A stretch of 64,000 nucleotides of DNA from Candidatus Woesearchaeota archaeon (GTDB lineage: Archaea > Nanobdellota > Nanobdellia > Woesearchaeales > WAPJ01), in contig JBLKOL010000002.1 of the NCBI GenBank assembly GCA_047602765.1, positions 10,597-74,596 of the forward strand, given 5' to 3'. The notes under the pieces are model-generated. The model made no database searches, was not told where the DNA came from, and saw nothing but the letters and a program-made list of their open reading frames with translations. Made by a program: the position numbers and the translations under genes. Of this stretch, positions 9,408 through 18,806 are shown in pieces. The number at the start of each line of letters is the position of its first letter. Position 1 is the stretch's first letter.

Positions 9408-11765
9408 GTGGTATGCTCAAAGCCTATGGTACGCGCATTCCTCGGTGAAGCGAACTCGAAGCGCTTCTCGTACGAACTCTCTAAACTCACACGGCATGCG
9501 GCGATCCTCGGGACGACGGGTTCGGGCAAGACGGTGATGGGCAAAGTCCTCATCGAAGAAGCCCTCGCCTCGGGCGTTCCGGTGATCGCCATCGATCCGA
9601 AGGGTGATCTCGGCTCGCTCGGGGTGGTGCATAAGGACTTCGACTTCCGTCCGTACGGCAAGCTCACTACGTCTCGCGCGCTCAAAGTGCGCGACCACTA
9701 CCGCCAAGCGAACATCCCATCAGGACTTGTGGATTCGCTCACGAAGGTTACGACGACGGTCTACACGCCAAAATCACAAGTGGGGCGTGCGGTGAATCTC
9801 ACGCCTGATCTCTCAGCGCCCAAGCGGTTCGCCCATCTCTCAGCGTCCAATCCGATCGCAGCCGCAGGATTCGTCGAGCCGATCGCCGCTTCGCTCCTCT
9901 CCCTTGCAGGGATCAGCGGGTCGCTCGAAGAACGTGCCGAGTCGTTCATCGCAGCGCTCATACTCCATTCGTGGAATGAGGGTCGTGATCTTGACATCCC
10001 TGCGCTCATCGCACACGTCAAGGATCCGATGATCGATGGTATCGGATCGCTGAGCGTCGGAGAAGTCGTATCGGATAAGGAGCGTACGCGTATCGCAGCT
10101 CAGCTCAATACGATCATCTCGTCTCCGGCCAAGCGCGCGTGGTCGCTCGGTGATCCGCTCGATATGGAGTCGATGCTCTCGAAAAAGACGCTTTCGGTCT
10201 TCGATCTTCGCTGGGCGACGAGCCAGTCTGATAAGCAGTACGTCGCTGAGCGTATCATGAGTGAATTGTATCGCGCACTGCTCAGCCGTGGAGGCTCTTC
10301 GAGGCTGCGTTACGTGCTCTATATCGATGAACTCGCAGGACTTCTCCCACCACCGCCGGCGAGCCCGCCGTCCAAGCGAGCCCTCGAACTCCTCGTACGA
10401 CAGGCGCGGGCCTTCGGTCTTGGTATCGTCGTAGCGACGCAGAACCCTGGTGATATCGATTCGCGTCTCTTCGGTAATATCGGAACGCGTTTCATCGGAC
10501 GCCTGCGTACGAGCATGGATATCGAGAAGGTTGCGATCGCCATGGACCTTCCTCCTTCACAGTTGCGCGAAGAGGTCTCGGCCTTGACGGCCGGAGGGTT
10601 CGTCGTGAACGATGCCGTCGACAATCGCATGAGCGTCTTACGCTGCCGTTGGCTCGCCTCGTTCCACGAAGGTCCGCTCAGCGAACGCGAGGTCGGATGG
10701 GTGAACGATGGTGCACCGGCACCGGCAGAGCCGCTTCCCAAGCCTTCACGGTCCGCTGCGGCTTCGAAGGATGCGAAGACGTCCGCGAAGGGTGCGAAGG
10801 GCCGGACGACAAGGGGCACGAACAAGAGCGGAGCAGGGAAAGCGGAGCCTTCGCGTATCGCCGGTAAGAACATCGTACGCGATGCGAAACGCGCGAAACA
10901 CACGACGGTTTCTCGTACGCAGCACCTTGCGCCTTCGGTGGACAAGCAGATCAAGAATCTGATCGGACTCGTCAAGAAGCATGCTGATGACGTACAGCTC
11001 AAGGTCGAGATATCCGAGCGACCTGCGCAGTCGTATACGCCACACCTGCGTCTTGTCGTAGCGCCCAAGCCGCTGCGCGGACTCGAGCTTCCGATCCAAG
11101 GACCGTTCGTCTTCGATATGACGAGTCGTCTCATCCCGATCGGAAACTACCTGAAGGGCAAGACGTTCTCAACGTACGTTCCATCCGATATCTCGATCGA
11201 GAAGCACGCGCGTTCGGTGATGAAGGCCGTAACCTATGCGCGTCACGAGGCGAAACGCGAACTCGCAGGTACGTTCTACGAGTCCAAGCTCACCGCCTTC
11301 GCATCACCATCACGTTCGGAGGTCGAGGATATGAACCACCGCTTCCTCTCTGAGGAGCTCACGCCGTTCTTGCGTCAGATCGATGCGAAGGCCCGGCGTG
11401 ATATCGACGATCTCAAGGCGCGTATCTCAGCCCTTCGGACCAAGCGTTCGAGCCTCAACCGCGAGCATACGATCCACCGCGCTCGTCGAGCCATGAGGCG
11501 CGTGCTCACCGATCAGAAGCTCAAGAAGCGTACGGCACAGATGCAAGAGCGCGAACGACGCATGGCGATGATCGACAAGGAGATCGCACAGCTCAAAAAA
11601 CGCATCGAAACAGTCAAAGAGCGCGCATCAGAGCAGAAGGAACGCCGCAAGGCACGCGTGTACGAGAAGGCGCACTCACAGGTACGCTCGATCCGCTATC
11701 GTCCGACGAACGACGATCTGCGCATCCACGCACAGGTGTTGCTCGTACGCAGCCGCGGACGATAA
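9408..11765 (+). CDS. HerA-like / DUF853 (YjgR)-family P-loop ATPase with a ~340-aa Lys/Arg-rich coiled-coil C-terminal extension.
   Basis: Walker A AILGTTGSGKTV followed by VPVIAIDPKGD. Walker B VLYIDELAG. VVATQNPGDIDSRLFGNIGTRFIGRL motif. GTG at 9408 or ATG at 9426 as start. Confidence 0.75.
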   Translation: MVCSKPMVRAFLGEANSKRFSYELSKLTRHAAILGTTGSGKTVMGKVLIEEALASGVPVIAIDPKGDLGSLGVVHKDFDFRPYGKLTTSRALKVRDHYRQANIPSGLVDSLTKVTTTVYTPKSQVGRAVNLTPDLSAPKRFAHLSASNPIAAAGFVEPIAASLLSLAGISGSLEERAESFIAALILHSWNEGRDLDIPALIAHVKDPMIDGIGSLSVGEVVSDKERTRIAAQLNTIISSPAKRAWSLGDPLDMESMLSKKTLSVFDLRWATSQSDKQYVAERIMSELYRALLSRGGSSRLRYVLYIDELAGLLPPPPASPPSKRALELLVRQARAFGLGIVVATQNPGDIDSRLFGNIGTRFIGRLRTSMDIEKVAIAMDLPPSQLREEVSALTAGGFVVNDAVDNRMSVLRCRWLASFHEGPLSEREVGWVNDGAPAPAEPLPKPSRSAAASKDAKTSAKGAKGRTTRGTNKSGAGKAEPSRIAGKNIVRDAKRAKHTTVSRTQHLAPSVDKQIKNLIGLVKKHADDVQLKVEISERPAQSYTPHLRLVVAPKPLRGLELPIQGPFVFDMTSRLIPIGNYLKGKTFSTYVPSDISIEKHARSVMKAVTYARHEAKRELAGTFYESKLTAFASPSRSEVEDMNHRFLSEELTPFLRQIDAKARRDIDDLKARISALRTKRSSLNREHTIHRARRAMRRVLTDQKLKKRTAQMQERERRMAMIDKEIAQLKKRIETVKERASEQKERRKARVYEKAHSQVRSIRYRPTNDDLRIHAQVLLVRSRGR

Positions 11766-11863
11766 CCAGAGCACGCTCTGCTCGAAGCGCTCTCGCTCGG
11801 TGAAACCATCACGTCGGATCATCACGCAGAGATTCTTAAGGAACTCCCGTCATCCGAAAGCGT

Positions 11864-12280
11864 ATGGCTCGATTCGTCGACATCGAAACGCCCTACTCAG
11901 CAAGGAGCGACGAGGAAATCAGAAGGAATCTCCTCTATGCAAGAGCGTGCATGAGAGATAGCATGCTGCGCGAAGAGATCCCGTTCGCGTCACACCTCAT
12001 CTACACCCAGCCAGGGATCCTCGACGACGAAGTCCCGCACGAGAGGGATCTGGGGATCATCGCCGGCAAAGAACTGATCGAAGCGCTTCCCGGAGTCGTC
12101 ACCGTAGTCTACCAGGACCTCGGGATCTCTTCGGGGATGCAGTTCGGGATCGACCGTGCACACGAACAGGGAAGAAGAGTGGAGTATAGAACGCTCAGAG
12201 ACGATTGGGAAGCGAACGAACGCGAAATCGCAGCGAAGCACGCTCATGCGCATCTGTGGGGCCTCGACGCAGAACGCTAA
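11864..12280 (+). CDS. Hypothetical 138-aa cytoplasmic protein.
   Basis: Clean ORF with native acidic composition, sited between the HerA-like and MoxR genes. No confident family recognised. Confidence 0.55.
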   Translation: MARFVDIETPYSARSDEEIRRNLLYARACMRDSMLREEIPFASHLIYTQPGILDDEVPHERDLGIIAGKELIEALPGVVTVVYQDLGISSGMQFGIDRAHEQGRRVEYRTLRDDWEANEREIAAKHAHAHLWGLDAER

Positions 12281-12373
12281 GATCTATCGGAGCGTGTTCT
12301 CCTCAGCACACCGATACACAGGTTCTGTGTTCGCGATGAAGCGTTCCTTCTTTCCGGTGGCAGCAAAGCATAT

Positions 12374-12700
12374 TTGAATGGCGAGCGGCTTAGGAGTCGT
12401 ATGGCGGATGCGTTCCACATGCACGCAGGCGGTTCGTTCGACGATATCGACTCGTTCGAGCTCGCACTCATCCATATGGACGAACACGTCTTCGCCCATC
12501 ATACCGACGGGCGCAACGACTTCGCGAGTTGGGTTGAGAGTTCGCTCAAAAAGCCGCTTCTCGCCGCGCTCCTGCGCGAATGCCGCAGTGCTCATGAAAT
12601 GGCGATGGTACTCGAGACCTATCAGCTCGTAAGCCAAGCACCCGAACAAGAGGTGCTCGTCTCTGATGTCGTGCGTCGGCTCGTCGGACGATTCTCATAA
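12374..12700 (+). CDS. Hypothetical protein carrying an NDFASW-motif domain, paralogous to the N-terminus of the downstream MoxR protein.
   Basis: FHMHAGGSF..ELALIHMD..FAHHTDGRNDFASWVESSL aligns with MoxR residues 9-70 (FVLHDGRQV..ELVSVLESMD..YAHYCNEYKNDFASWIRTAL). Confidence 0.6.
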   Translation: MNGERLRSRMADAFHMHAGGSFDDIDSFELALIHMDEHVFAHHTDGRNDFASWVESSLKKPLLAALLRECRSAHEMAMVLETYQLVSQAPEQEVLVSDVVRRLVGRFS

Positions 12701-12762
12701 CAACATATTTAAACGGATGTCTGATTGGTCTGCACGGGGATTCCAGGGTCGCGGCTCCTCAC

Positions 12763-14337
12763 GTGATACTCATGACAGCAGGCGGATTCGTACTACACGA
12801 CGGAAGACAGGTGCATTCGATCTCAGAGCTCGTATCCGTGCTCGAATCGATGGATCCTACTACGTATGCTCACTATTGTAACGAGTACAAGAACGATTTC
12901 GCGTCGTGGATCCGCACGGCGTTGCACGAGTCCCAACTCGCCGATATTCTCGAAGAGACACAGAATCGTGAAGCTGCGATCAGCGTTCTGCGCACGTACG
13001 TGAGACTCCACGCTCCAGAGGACCCGTTCCGGGTCGAACACTCCGAATCGGATCGCAAGAAGTTCTTCTTCCACAAGAAGCCATCCCGCTCTGAGCCAGA
13101 TGACCCTGCACGTGTCGCACCGCCTGAACCTCCACAACCCGTCTCGATGGACAAGCAGATGTTCAAGGAAGCCGACATAAGGTTCGAACCCGAGCAGCCG
13201 ACACAACCGGTACAGGAACCAACCCCTCCGGCAGAGCCGCAGCCGACACCACCACCAGTTCAACCCTCTCCACCACCTGTAGGCAGCAATCCTGATGCTC
13301 CGTACGAGCCGCACGCCGCGAAGGGCGCTACGCAGTTCACGGATTCCGGAGAAGAGGTACTCACCGAGACCGTGGTCGAAGAGTATGCTGAGACGCTCCA
13401 TGCCATGCGCTCTGAGATCAACAAGGTCTTCATCGGTCAGGAGGAGATCGTCGAACAGGTGCTCTTGTGCCTCATGTGCGATTCCCATTCGCTCCTCGAA
13501 GGAGTACCTGGACTTGCGAAGTCGCTCCTCGTAGAGACGCTCACGCACGTCGTCGACGGGACGAAGTTCAACCGTATCCAGTTCATCCCCGACCTGCTCC
13601 CTTCAGATGTCATCGGAGGTCAGATCTACAATCCGAAGACGCAGGAGTTCACTGTTATCAAAGGTCCGATCTTCGCGAATTTCGTGCTCGCAGACGAGAT
13701 CAACCGTGCCCCTCCCAAGACACACGCAGCGGTCATGGAGGCGATGCAGGAGAAGAAGATCAACATCGACAAGGAGGAGTTCGACCTCGACCCGCCCTTC
13801 CTCATCATCGCAACACAGAATCCGCTCGAGAACAAGGGAACGTACGAGCTTCCCGAGGCCGTTCTCGACAGGTTCATGTTCAAGCTCGATCTCGACTACC
13901 CGTCGCGCAAAGATGAGAAGATCATCATCACCGAGAACGCTACGACGAAGAAGTACGAGAAGCAGGCGGTCCAGAAGGTCGTCACCAAAGAGCGCTTCTT
14001 GCAGATGCAGCGCAACGTGAAGAACGTGTACCTCTCTGAGCGTATCCGTGACTACATCCTCGACCTCGTAGAAGCCACTCGTGGTATCAATAAGGACATC
14101 GAAGGATACCAGTTCGTCAAGTACGGTGCTGGTCCGCGTGCGTCGATCTACCTCGGTATCGGTGCGAAGGCTCGTGCGATCATGCAAGGCCGAAACTACG
14201 TCTTGCCCGACGATGTGAATTTCGTGGCGAAGCCGATCATGAGGCATCGCGTCGCGCTCAACTTCAAAGGTAAGGCTCACGGTATCAAGTCGGATCGCAT
14301 CGTCGAGGAGATCCTTCATAAGGTCACGACTCTTTGA
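12763..14337 (+). CDS. MoxR-family AAA+ ATPase with a ~200-aa N-terminal extension (NDFASW domain plus Pro/Gln-rich linker).
   Basis: C-terminal 320 aa carry MoxR hallmarks (GVPGLAKSLL Walker A, FVLADEINRAPPKTHAAVMEAMQEKKI, ATQNPLE). The N-terminus is paralogous to the 12374..12700 ORF. Confidence 0.85.
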   Translation: MILMTAGGFVLHDGRQVHSISELVSVLESMDPTTYAHYCNEYKNDFASWIRTALHESQLADILEETQNREAAISVLRTYVRLHAPEDPFRVEHSESDRKKFFFHKKPSRSEPDDPARVAPPEPPQPVSMDKQMFKEADIRFEPEQPTQPVQEPTPPAEPQPTPPPVQPSPPPVGSNPDAPYEPHAAKGATQFTDSGEEVLTETVVEEYAETLHAMRSEINKVFIGQEEIVEQVLLCLMCDSHSLLEGVPGLAKSLLVETLTHVVDGTKFNRIQFIPDLLPSDVIGGQIYNPKTQEFTVIKGPIFANFVLADEINRAPPKTHAAVMEAMQEKKINIDKEEFDLDPPFLIIATQNPLENKGTYELPEAVLDRFMFKLDLDYPSRKDEKIIITENATTKKYEKQAVQKVVTKERFLQMQRNVKNVYLSERIRDYILDLVEATRGINKDIEGYQFVKYGAGPRASIYLGIGAKARAIMQGRNYVLPDDVNFVAKPIMRHRVALNFKGKAHGIKSDRIVEEILHKVTTL

Positions 14338-15245
14338 GGGAACGCATGGAGAAGAATGATTCGAGCATTCCGGTCAACATGTTCGATTTCGAAACGCTCA
14401 TGCGCGAGACGGTACGCGAGTCCGTCAAGCTCCTCGAATACTTCCGCCTCAGCCTCATCTACTACCAGCTCGTATCGGGTAAGGGTCTTGAGTTCGACCG
14501 TATCCGCGAGTACCACCCCGGTGCCGATCCGCGTCGTATCGACTGGAAGATCTTCGCCAAACGAGGAGAGCTCAAGATCCGCGCGTTCAAGGAAGAACGC
14601 CATTTCGACATCATTATCGTGCTCGACGTTTCGGATACGATGCTTCTGGGTACGACGTCGATGACCAAGAACGAGTATGCTGCGATCGTGGCCGGAGCGT
14701 TGACGTTCGCGGCGATCGAAGCGTCGGATAACGTGGGGCTCGTGATGAACTCTTCGAAGGTTTCGCTCGCTACGGATCCGACATCGGATTTCGCCAAGAT
14801 CATGGCGGAGGTCGCGAACACGGATAACTATGGTGGCGAGAAGGACTGGGATAATCTCGTGCTCAACCTCACCGGTAACTACACGGAGGATTCGATCGTC
14901 TTTGTGATATCGGATTTCATCGATACGAATCCCGAACGGTTCTTGCCCGAACTCTCAGGCCACTTCACGAAGGTATATGGTATCATGGTCCGTGATCCTT
15001 CGGATAACGAGATCCCCCCAGGTGTGGGACGCATGTACCTTCAGGATGCCGGTGGCAAGAAGATGTACCTCACGGACTTGGACCACGTGCGCGAGGAGTA
15101 CGCACTGCTCGCTCGCCGGCAGATCGATCTGATACGCGATTCGTTCCACAGCTACGACCAGCTCTTCTTCGAGATCACGACGCTCGGAGAGTTCGCTGAG
15201 GAGTTCATCAAAGCCCTCGGATCCGAAGAGGTGATCGTATCGTAA
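14334..15245 (+). CDS. DUF58 family protein (MoxR partner).
   Basis: 4-bp overlap with the moxR stop (ATGA). Typical DUF58 length and position between MoxR and the VWA protein. Confidence 0.75.
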   Translation: MRERMEKNDSSIPVNMFDFETLMRETVRESVKLLEYFRLSLIYYQLVSGKGLEFDRIREYHPGADPRRIDWKIFAKRGELKIRAFKEERHFDIIIVLDVSDTMLLGTTSMTKNEYAAIVAGALTFAAIEASDNVGLVMNSSKVSLATDPTSDFAKIMAEVANTDNYGGEKDWDNLVLNLTGNYTEDSIVFVISDFIDTNPERFLPELSGHFTKVYGIMVRDPSDNEIPPGVGRMYLQDAGGKKMYLTDLDHVREEYALLARRQIDLIRDSFHSYDQLFFEITTLGEFAEEFIKALGSEEVIVS

Positions 15246-15265
15246 CCGCACAACTCGGAGGATTC

Positions 15266-16216
15266 GTGCTCGACCTGTACAATCCGTTCGAGAACCTCAT
15301 GCTCCTCGTCTTGCTCTTGGTATTCACCACGCTCGCCTTCTACAGTTTCACGTTCCTGCGTAAGAAGCGCGCGTCGCGCTTCGGGAACATCAAGACGCTC
15401 GAACGCGTCCACGGCTTCAAACGCTTCCACATCTCTCCGGGCATCTTGATCATCAAGCTCTTCGTGGTAAGCCTGCTCTTTCTCGTCGCGACGGATTCGG
15501 TGCAGGTCTCGCGGTTCCAGCCGACTGCTGATACGGATTACGTCCTCTTGCTCGACACGTCTCCTTCGATGACCCAGACGGATCTCAATCCGAGCAGGCT
15601 CGGAGCAGCTAAGAACATCGCAACCGACTGGCTCAGAGTCGTTCCCAACGGAACCCGTGTGGGCCTCGTATCCTACAGTCGCGAACTCGGATCCACGGTA
15701 GACCCGACGTTCAACAAGGAGCATATCCGCTCCGAGATCGCTCGTGTGGAGGTCGATCTCAACCAGACGGATACGTCTCCGGATTTCGCCATCCAATACG
15801 CTACGAACATGCTCAACGATTCTACGAACAAACGCGCGGTGCTCCTCTTCACCGATGGAACGCAACCGGTTGATCCTTCGACCATCCGTCTCGCCCAGAA
15901 CCTGAACGTTCGTATCTATGCGTTCGGTATCGGAACCGAAGAGACGCGCGAGTTCGACCTCTCGGACATCCCCGAAGAGTTGTGGGATACGTTCGATCGC
16001 CTCGAGTTCAACTTCTCACGCCTCCAATCCCTCTCCGAAGCGACGAACGGAACCGCATACCACATCGGCAGCCAAGACGACCTTCGCCAAGCCTTCCGCG
16101 ATGCGACGTACGAGGAAGCGGCTATCCAACTCAACAGCGCCTTCTACGTGCTCATCCTCATAGCCCTCATTTCGATCCTCGAACTCTTCGTCTACGCACA
16201 CTTGGGTGGAATCTAA
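15266..16216 (+). CDS. VWA-domain membrane protein (BatA-like).
   Basis: N-terminal and C-terminal transmembrane segments. VWA MIDAS-like LLLDTSPSMTQTD motif. Completes a MoxR-DUF58-VWA operon. Confidence 0.8.
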   Translation: MLDLYNPFENLMLLVLLLVFTTLAFYSFTFLRKKRASRFGNIKTLERVHGFKRFHISPGILIIKLFVVSLLFLVATDSVQVSRFQPTADTDYVLLLDTSPSMTQTDLNPSRLGAAKNIATDWLRVVPNGTRVGLVSYSRELGSTVDPTFNKEHIRSEIARVEVDLNQTDTSPDFAIQYATNMLNDSTNKRAVLLFTDGTQPVDPSTIRLAQNLNVRIYAFGIGTEETREFDLSDIPEELWDTFDRLEFNFSRLQSLSEATNGTAYHIGSQDDLRQAFRDATYEEAAIQLNSAFYVLILIALISILELFVYAHLGGI

Positions 16217-16221
16217 CATCT

Positions 16222-16494
16222 TTGAACGTCACGCAGTCCCCCTATGGTATCTTTCGACAACCGGATGCTACGCTTGAGGAGCGCGCTGAGAAGCTGAGAT
16301 TCTACTTCAGGGATACGCGCACAGGCGAGAAGTGTGAGGGCACGGTCACGATCGACGAGTCGCTCCGGCTGATCGGCGTTCCCGATGAGTTCACCCACTT
16401 CCATCTTCTCCCCGAATACGTCCAAGACGTGCTCAGAGCCTCCTATGAAGCAGCGATCGATTCGGGATGGTATATTCCTAACGAAACGACGTAG
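16222..16494 (+). CDS. Possible small acidic protein (~90 aa) with no ATG. TTG start, or the tail of a frame-shifted transcript.
   Basis: Open frame in the -1 frame relative to batA with protein-like composition (…EERAEKLRFYFRDTRTGEKCEGTVTIDESL…). The only start candidate is TTG. Confidence 0.25.
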   Translation: MNVTQSPYGIFRQPDATLEERAEKLRFYFRDTRTGEKCEGTVTIDESLRLIGVPDEFTHFHLLPEYVQDVLRASYEAAIDSGWYIPNETT

Positions 16495-16582
16495 ATCCAC
16501 ATTCCTCGTAGTCGCACTCTCATGCCCGTAGCATCTGCGCGAACAGGGAACGTTCTTAAGCCGTATCAGCGCAACCAATGGT

Positions 16583-17137
16583 ATGCTCGCTCGGCGTGTG
16601 CTTGCAGGATTGATGGTCGCTTCGTTCGTCTTTCTTCTCATAACCGTCTTCGTGATAGCGGCTCGTATGGATGAGGCGAACCGGCTCGACCCGCTCGAAC
16701 TCGAGACGATGACGCACGATCAGATCATCGCTCGCGTCTATGAGGTGAACGGACGCTCGACGCTCGGACGCTCTTTCCTGATGCCTGCCTTCGGTTTTTT
16801 CGGCGTGGTTGTGGGTGCGATCGCCTACTTCCTCCTCGAAGGGCACCAATCCAAGAGTCGGAGCGATGATCGGGCTGTGCTCACGCTCGTGCGCGGTATG
16901 CTCTCGGATCAAGAACGCCAGGTGTTCGATCTTCTCAGGACTCGGGGTTCGCTCTTCCAATCGGAAGTATCATCCATGAAGGGATTCACGAAGGTCAAGG
17001 CGCACCGAGTCATCTCGGATCTCGAACGCAAGGGCATCGTGACCCGTACGGCTGCGGGCAAACAGCGCGTCATCCGGCTCCACACCGCGCTCGCTGCGCT
17101 CATAGAAGAGGTTCACGACGATGGTTTCACGAGATGA
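16583..17137 (+). CDS. Membrane-anchored winged-helix transcriptional regulator (2 transmembrane segments plus C-terminal MarR/TrmB-like wHTH).
   Basis: Two hydrophobic helices, then LSDQERQVFDLLRTRGSLFQSEV…KAHRVISDLERKGIVTR, a wHTH signature. Confidence 0.6.
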   Translation: MLARRVLAGLMVASFVFLLITVFVIAARMDEANRLDPLELETMTHDQIIARVYEVNGRSTLGRSFLMPAFGFFGVVVGAIAYFLLEGHQSKSRSDDRAVLTLVRGMLSDQERQVFDLLRTRGSLFQSEVSSMKGFTKVKAHRVISDLERKGIVTRTAAGKQRVIRLHTALAALIEEVHDDGFTR

Positions 17138-17228
17138 TACGATGGTTTCACGAAAGGTTACGTATGGTTTCAGGCATAAGAAGGGGTGTGGTGAACCTCG
17201 AACGAGGGGATCTACGGAGGAACAGCAC

Positions 17229-17624
17229 ATGAAGACAACAACGGTATTCGCAACAGCTCTGGGAGCCGTGCTCGTGCTCAGCATGGCATCGCTCGCCGTA
17301 GCAGCCTTCGGGAACGGAAACGGAGCGAACTATGATGCTGATGTGCACGAAGCGCTCGTCGAAGCGATGGAGCAAGGCGATTTCGAGTCGTGGCGTACGA
17401 TCCGCAAGGAGAACGGCCTGCCGATGCGCGGCAGGGTGCTCACGAACATCGATGCTGAGAACTTCGAGCGGTTCGTCCAGATGCGACGCGCCTACCACGA
17501 AGGAGATGTCGATCGGGCCTCTGAGTTGCGCGAGGAATTGCGCGGCGAGAGGCTCCAGCAACATTCGCAGCAGCTCCGAAAGAGGCTCCAGAAACGCATG
17601 GGAGCATGCGGTGCGTGGAACTGA
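17229..17624 (+). CDS. Small secreted protein (signal peptide).
   Basis: GGAGG 8 nt upstream of ATG 17229. MKTTTVFATALGAVLVLSMASLAVAAFG signal peptide. Confidence 0.55.
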   Translation: MKTTTVFATALGAVLVLSMASLAVAAFGNGNGANYDADVHEALVEAMEQGDFESWRTIRKENGLPMRGRVLTNIDAENFERFVQMRRAYHEGDVDRASELREELRGERLQQHSQQLRKRLQKRMGACGAWN

Positions 17625-17678
17625 ACAGACAGCAAAACCATTTAAACCCCTTTCTTCCTGTTCGTCATAGGTGTTCCG

Positions 17679-18110
17679 ATGGCCCTCTATATGACGTGGA
17701 TGGATGCGATCCTGCTCGCACTGCTCCTGCTCTTTGCCGGCTTTCTCGGATTCTTCGTTCGTAGGCTCTGGGTCTGGGAGGTGAAGATCCAAGACCAGCT
17801 CGAACAGTTGCGTACCGAAACGCGGCTTGCGGACATGTTCTCGGGTCAGGGAACCTCTGAGAACGTCTTTGCGCTCGCGAATAACCTCTTCCGGACGGTC
17901 AAACAACAGTTCAAGCTCGAAGCCACTTCGTATACCCAGGTCATCCGCGAGCTCGAACACGCTCATATCTCGACGGACCTTCGCGAGGCGCTCATCGACT
18001 TCTTCGAACACATGGTTCTCATCTCGTATAAGGATCATGAAGTCTCAGGCCAGGAACGCGAGCAACTCAAGTCCAAGATACGCTTGATCATGAAGAAAAT
18101 CGAGACGTAA
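17679..18110 (+). CDS. Hypothetical protein with N-terminal transmembrane anchor.
   Basis: N-terminal hydrophobic helix. Native composition. Co-directional with the neighbours. Confidence 0.5.
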   Translation: MALYMTWMDAILLALLLLFAGFLGFFVRRLWVWEVKIQDQLEQLRTETRLADMFSGQGTSENVFALANNLFRTVKQQFKLEATSYTQVIRELEHAHISTDLREALIDFFEHMVLISYKDHEVSGQEREQLKSKIRLIMKKIET

Positions 18111-18605
18111 GGCTTCCGAGCTGATTGGTTTACGCGTCTTGAGGATCGGGTGTTCATCGATGCTCTGTGCGCGAAGTTCGTTCTATCCGGGGAAGTGGAT
18201 GGAACTCGCCGGTAGACTAATCTGCTCATCCCTCCTTTTATCGGATGGCTTTCGATCGCCGCTCTCCGAGCTGGCTCTATCGGATACTCGTTTGCGCAGA
18301 TCGGGGAATCTCGATTGCTTATCGACTGAAGGCGTCTCACAAGTGTGGTTCTCGATAGAGGTGGATGTGCTCTACCGGGCCGATGAGGCGATCCTGCTGA
18401 TGTCGGTACGAGTTGAGAGTAGACCGGGAGGACGTGCGCATCGGCCCAACTCTATCATACCGGAACAGAACCACACGTGGGTTTGTGAAGTGGCGGTCAC
18501 GAGGTGCCGCATCGTTTGCGCTGCCTGCTCCTGCGCAGGGTACTCGAGTGGATGTCATCACGTGGATGAGCGGCCGGTCAACCGAGGCTCGTACGCACCT
18601 ACCCT

Positions 18606-18806
18606 TCAGAATAACGGTACGACGTTAGCTATGACGAGGATCGTGTAGGTTACGAGTCCGACTTCGACTGCGATGATCAGGTACTCCCACCATGCGAATG
18701 AGAGTTTCGGTCGCTCTTCGTCTTTAGGTGATGCTCCTGCTTTTCCGTAGAACCCTCCTTTGACGTCGGTGTCGAAGAGATCCGGTTTGTCGTCGTAGAA
18801 TCCCAT
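18606..18806 (-). CDS. Small membrane protein (66 aa), last gene of the surface-protein operon.
   Basis: GGAGGAGG immediately upstream of ATG 18806. C-terminal transmembrane helix. Start abuts the stop of the upstream gene. Confidence 0.5.
   Translation of the reverse strand: MGFYDDKPDLFDTDVKGGFYGKAGASPKDEERPKLSFAWWEYLIIAVEVGLVTYTILVIANVVPLF

Noticed and set aside
10319-11134. Minus-strand 271-aa ORF inside the HerA-like gene.
   Set aside because: Antisense to a Walker-motif-supported gene. Low-complexity R/S/A-rich sequence.
12284-12649. Minus 121-aa ORF overlapping the 108-aa NDFASW-domain gene.
   Set aside because: The plus-strand ORF shares a domain with the MoxR N-terminus (paralogy support). 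The minus ORF has no support.
12823-14319. Minus ORFs 12823..13548 and 13603..14319 inside moxR.
   Set aside because: Antisense to a motif-supported AAA+ gene.
17148-18038. Minus 296-aa ORF.
   Set aside because: Overlaps two plus-strand genes that have a Shine-Dalgarno-preceded signal peptide and native composition. The minus ORF is R/E/L-rich and antisense-like.
18139-18648. Plus 169-aa ORF in the large intergenic gap.
   Set aside because: Cys/Arg-rich, unlike the acidic proteome. No Shine-Dalgarno sequence. The region is treated as non-coding and possibly an ncRNA.
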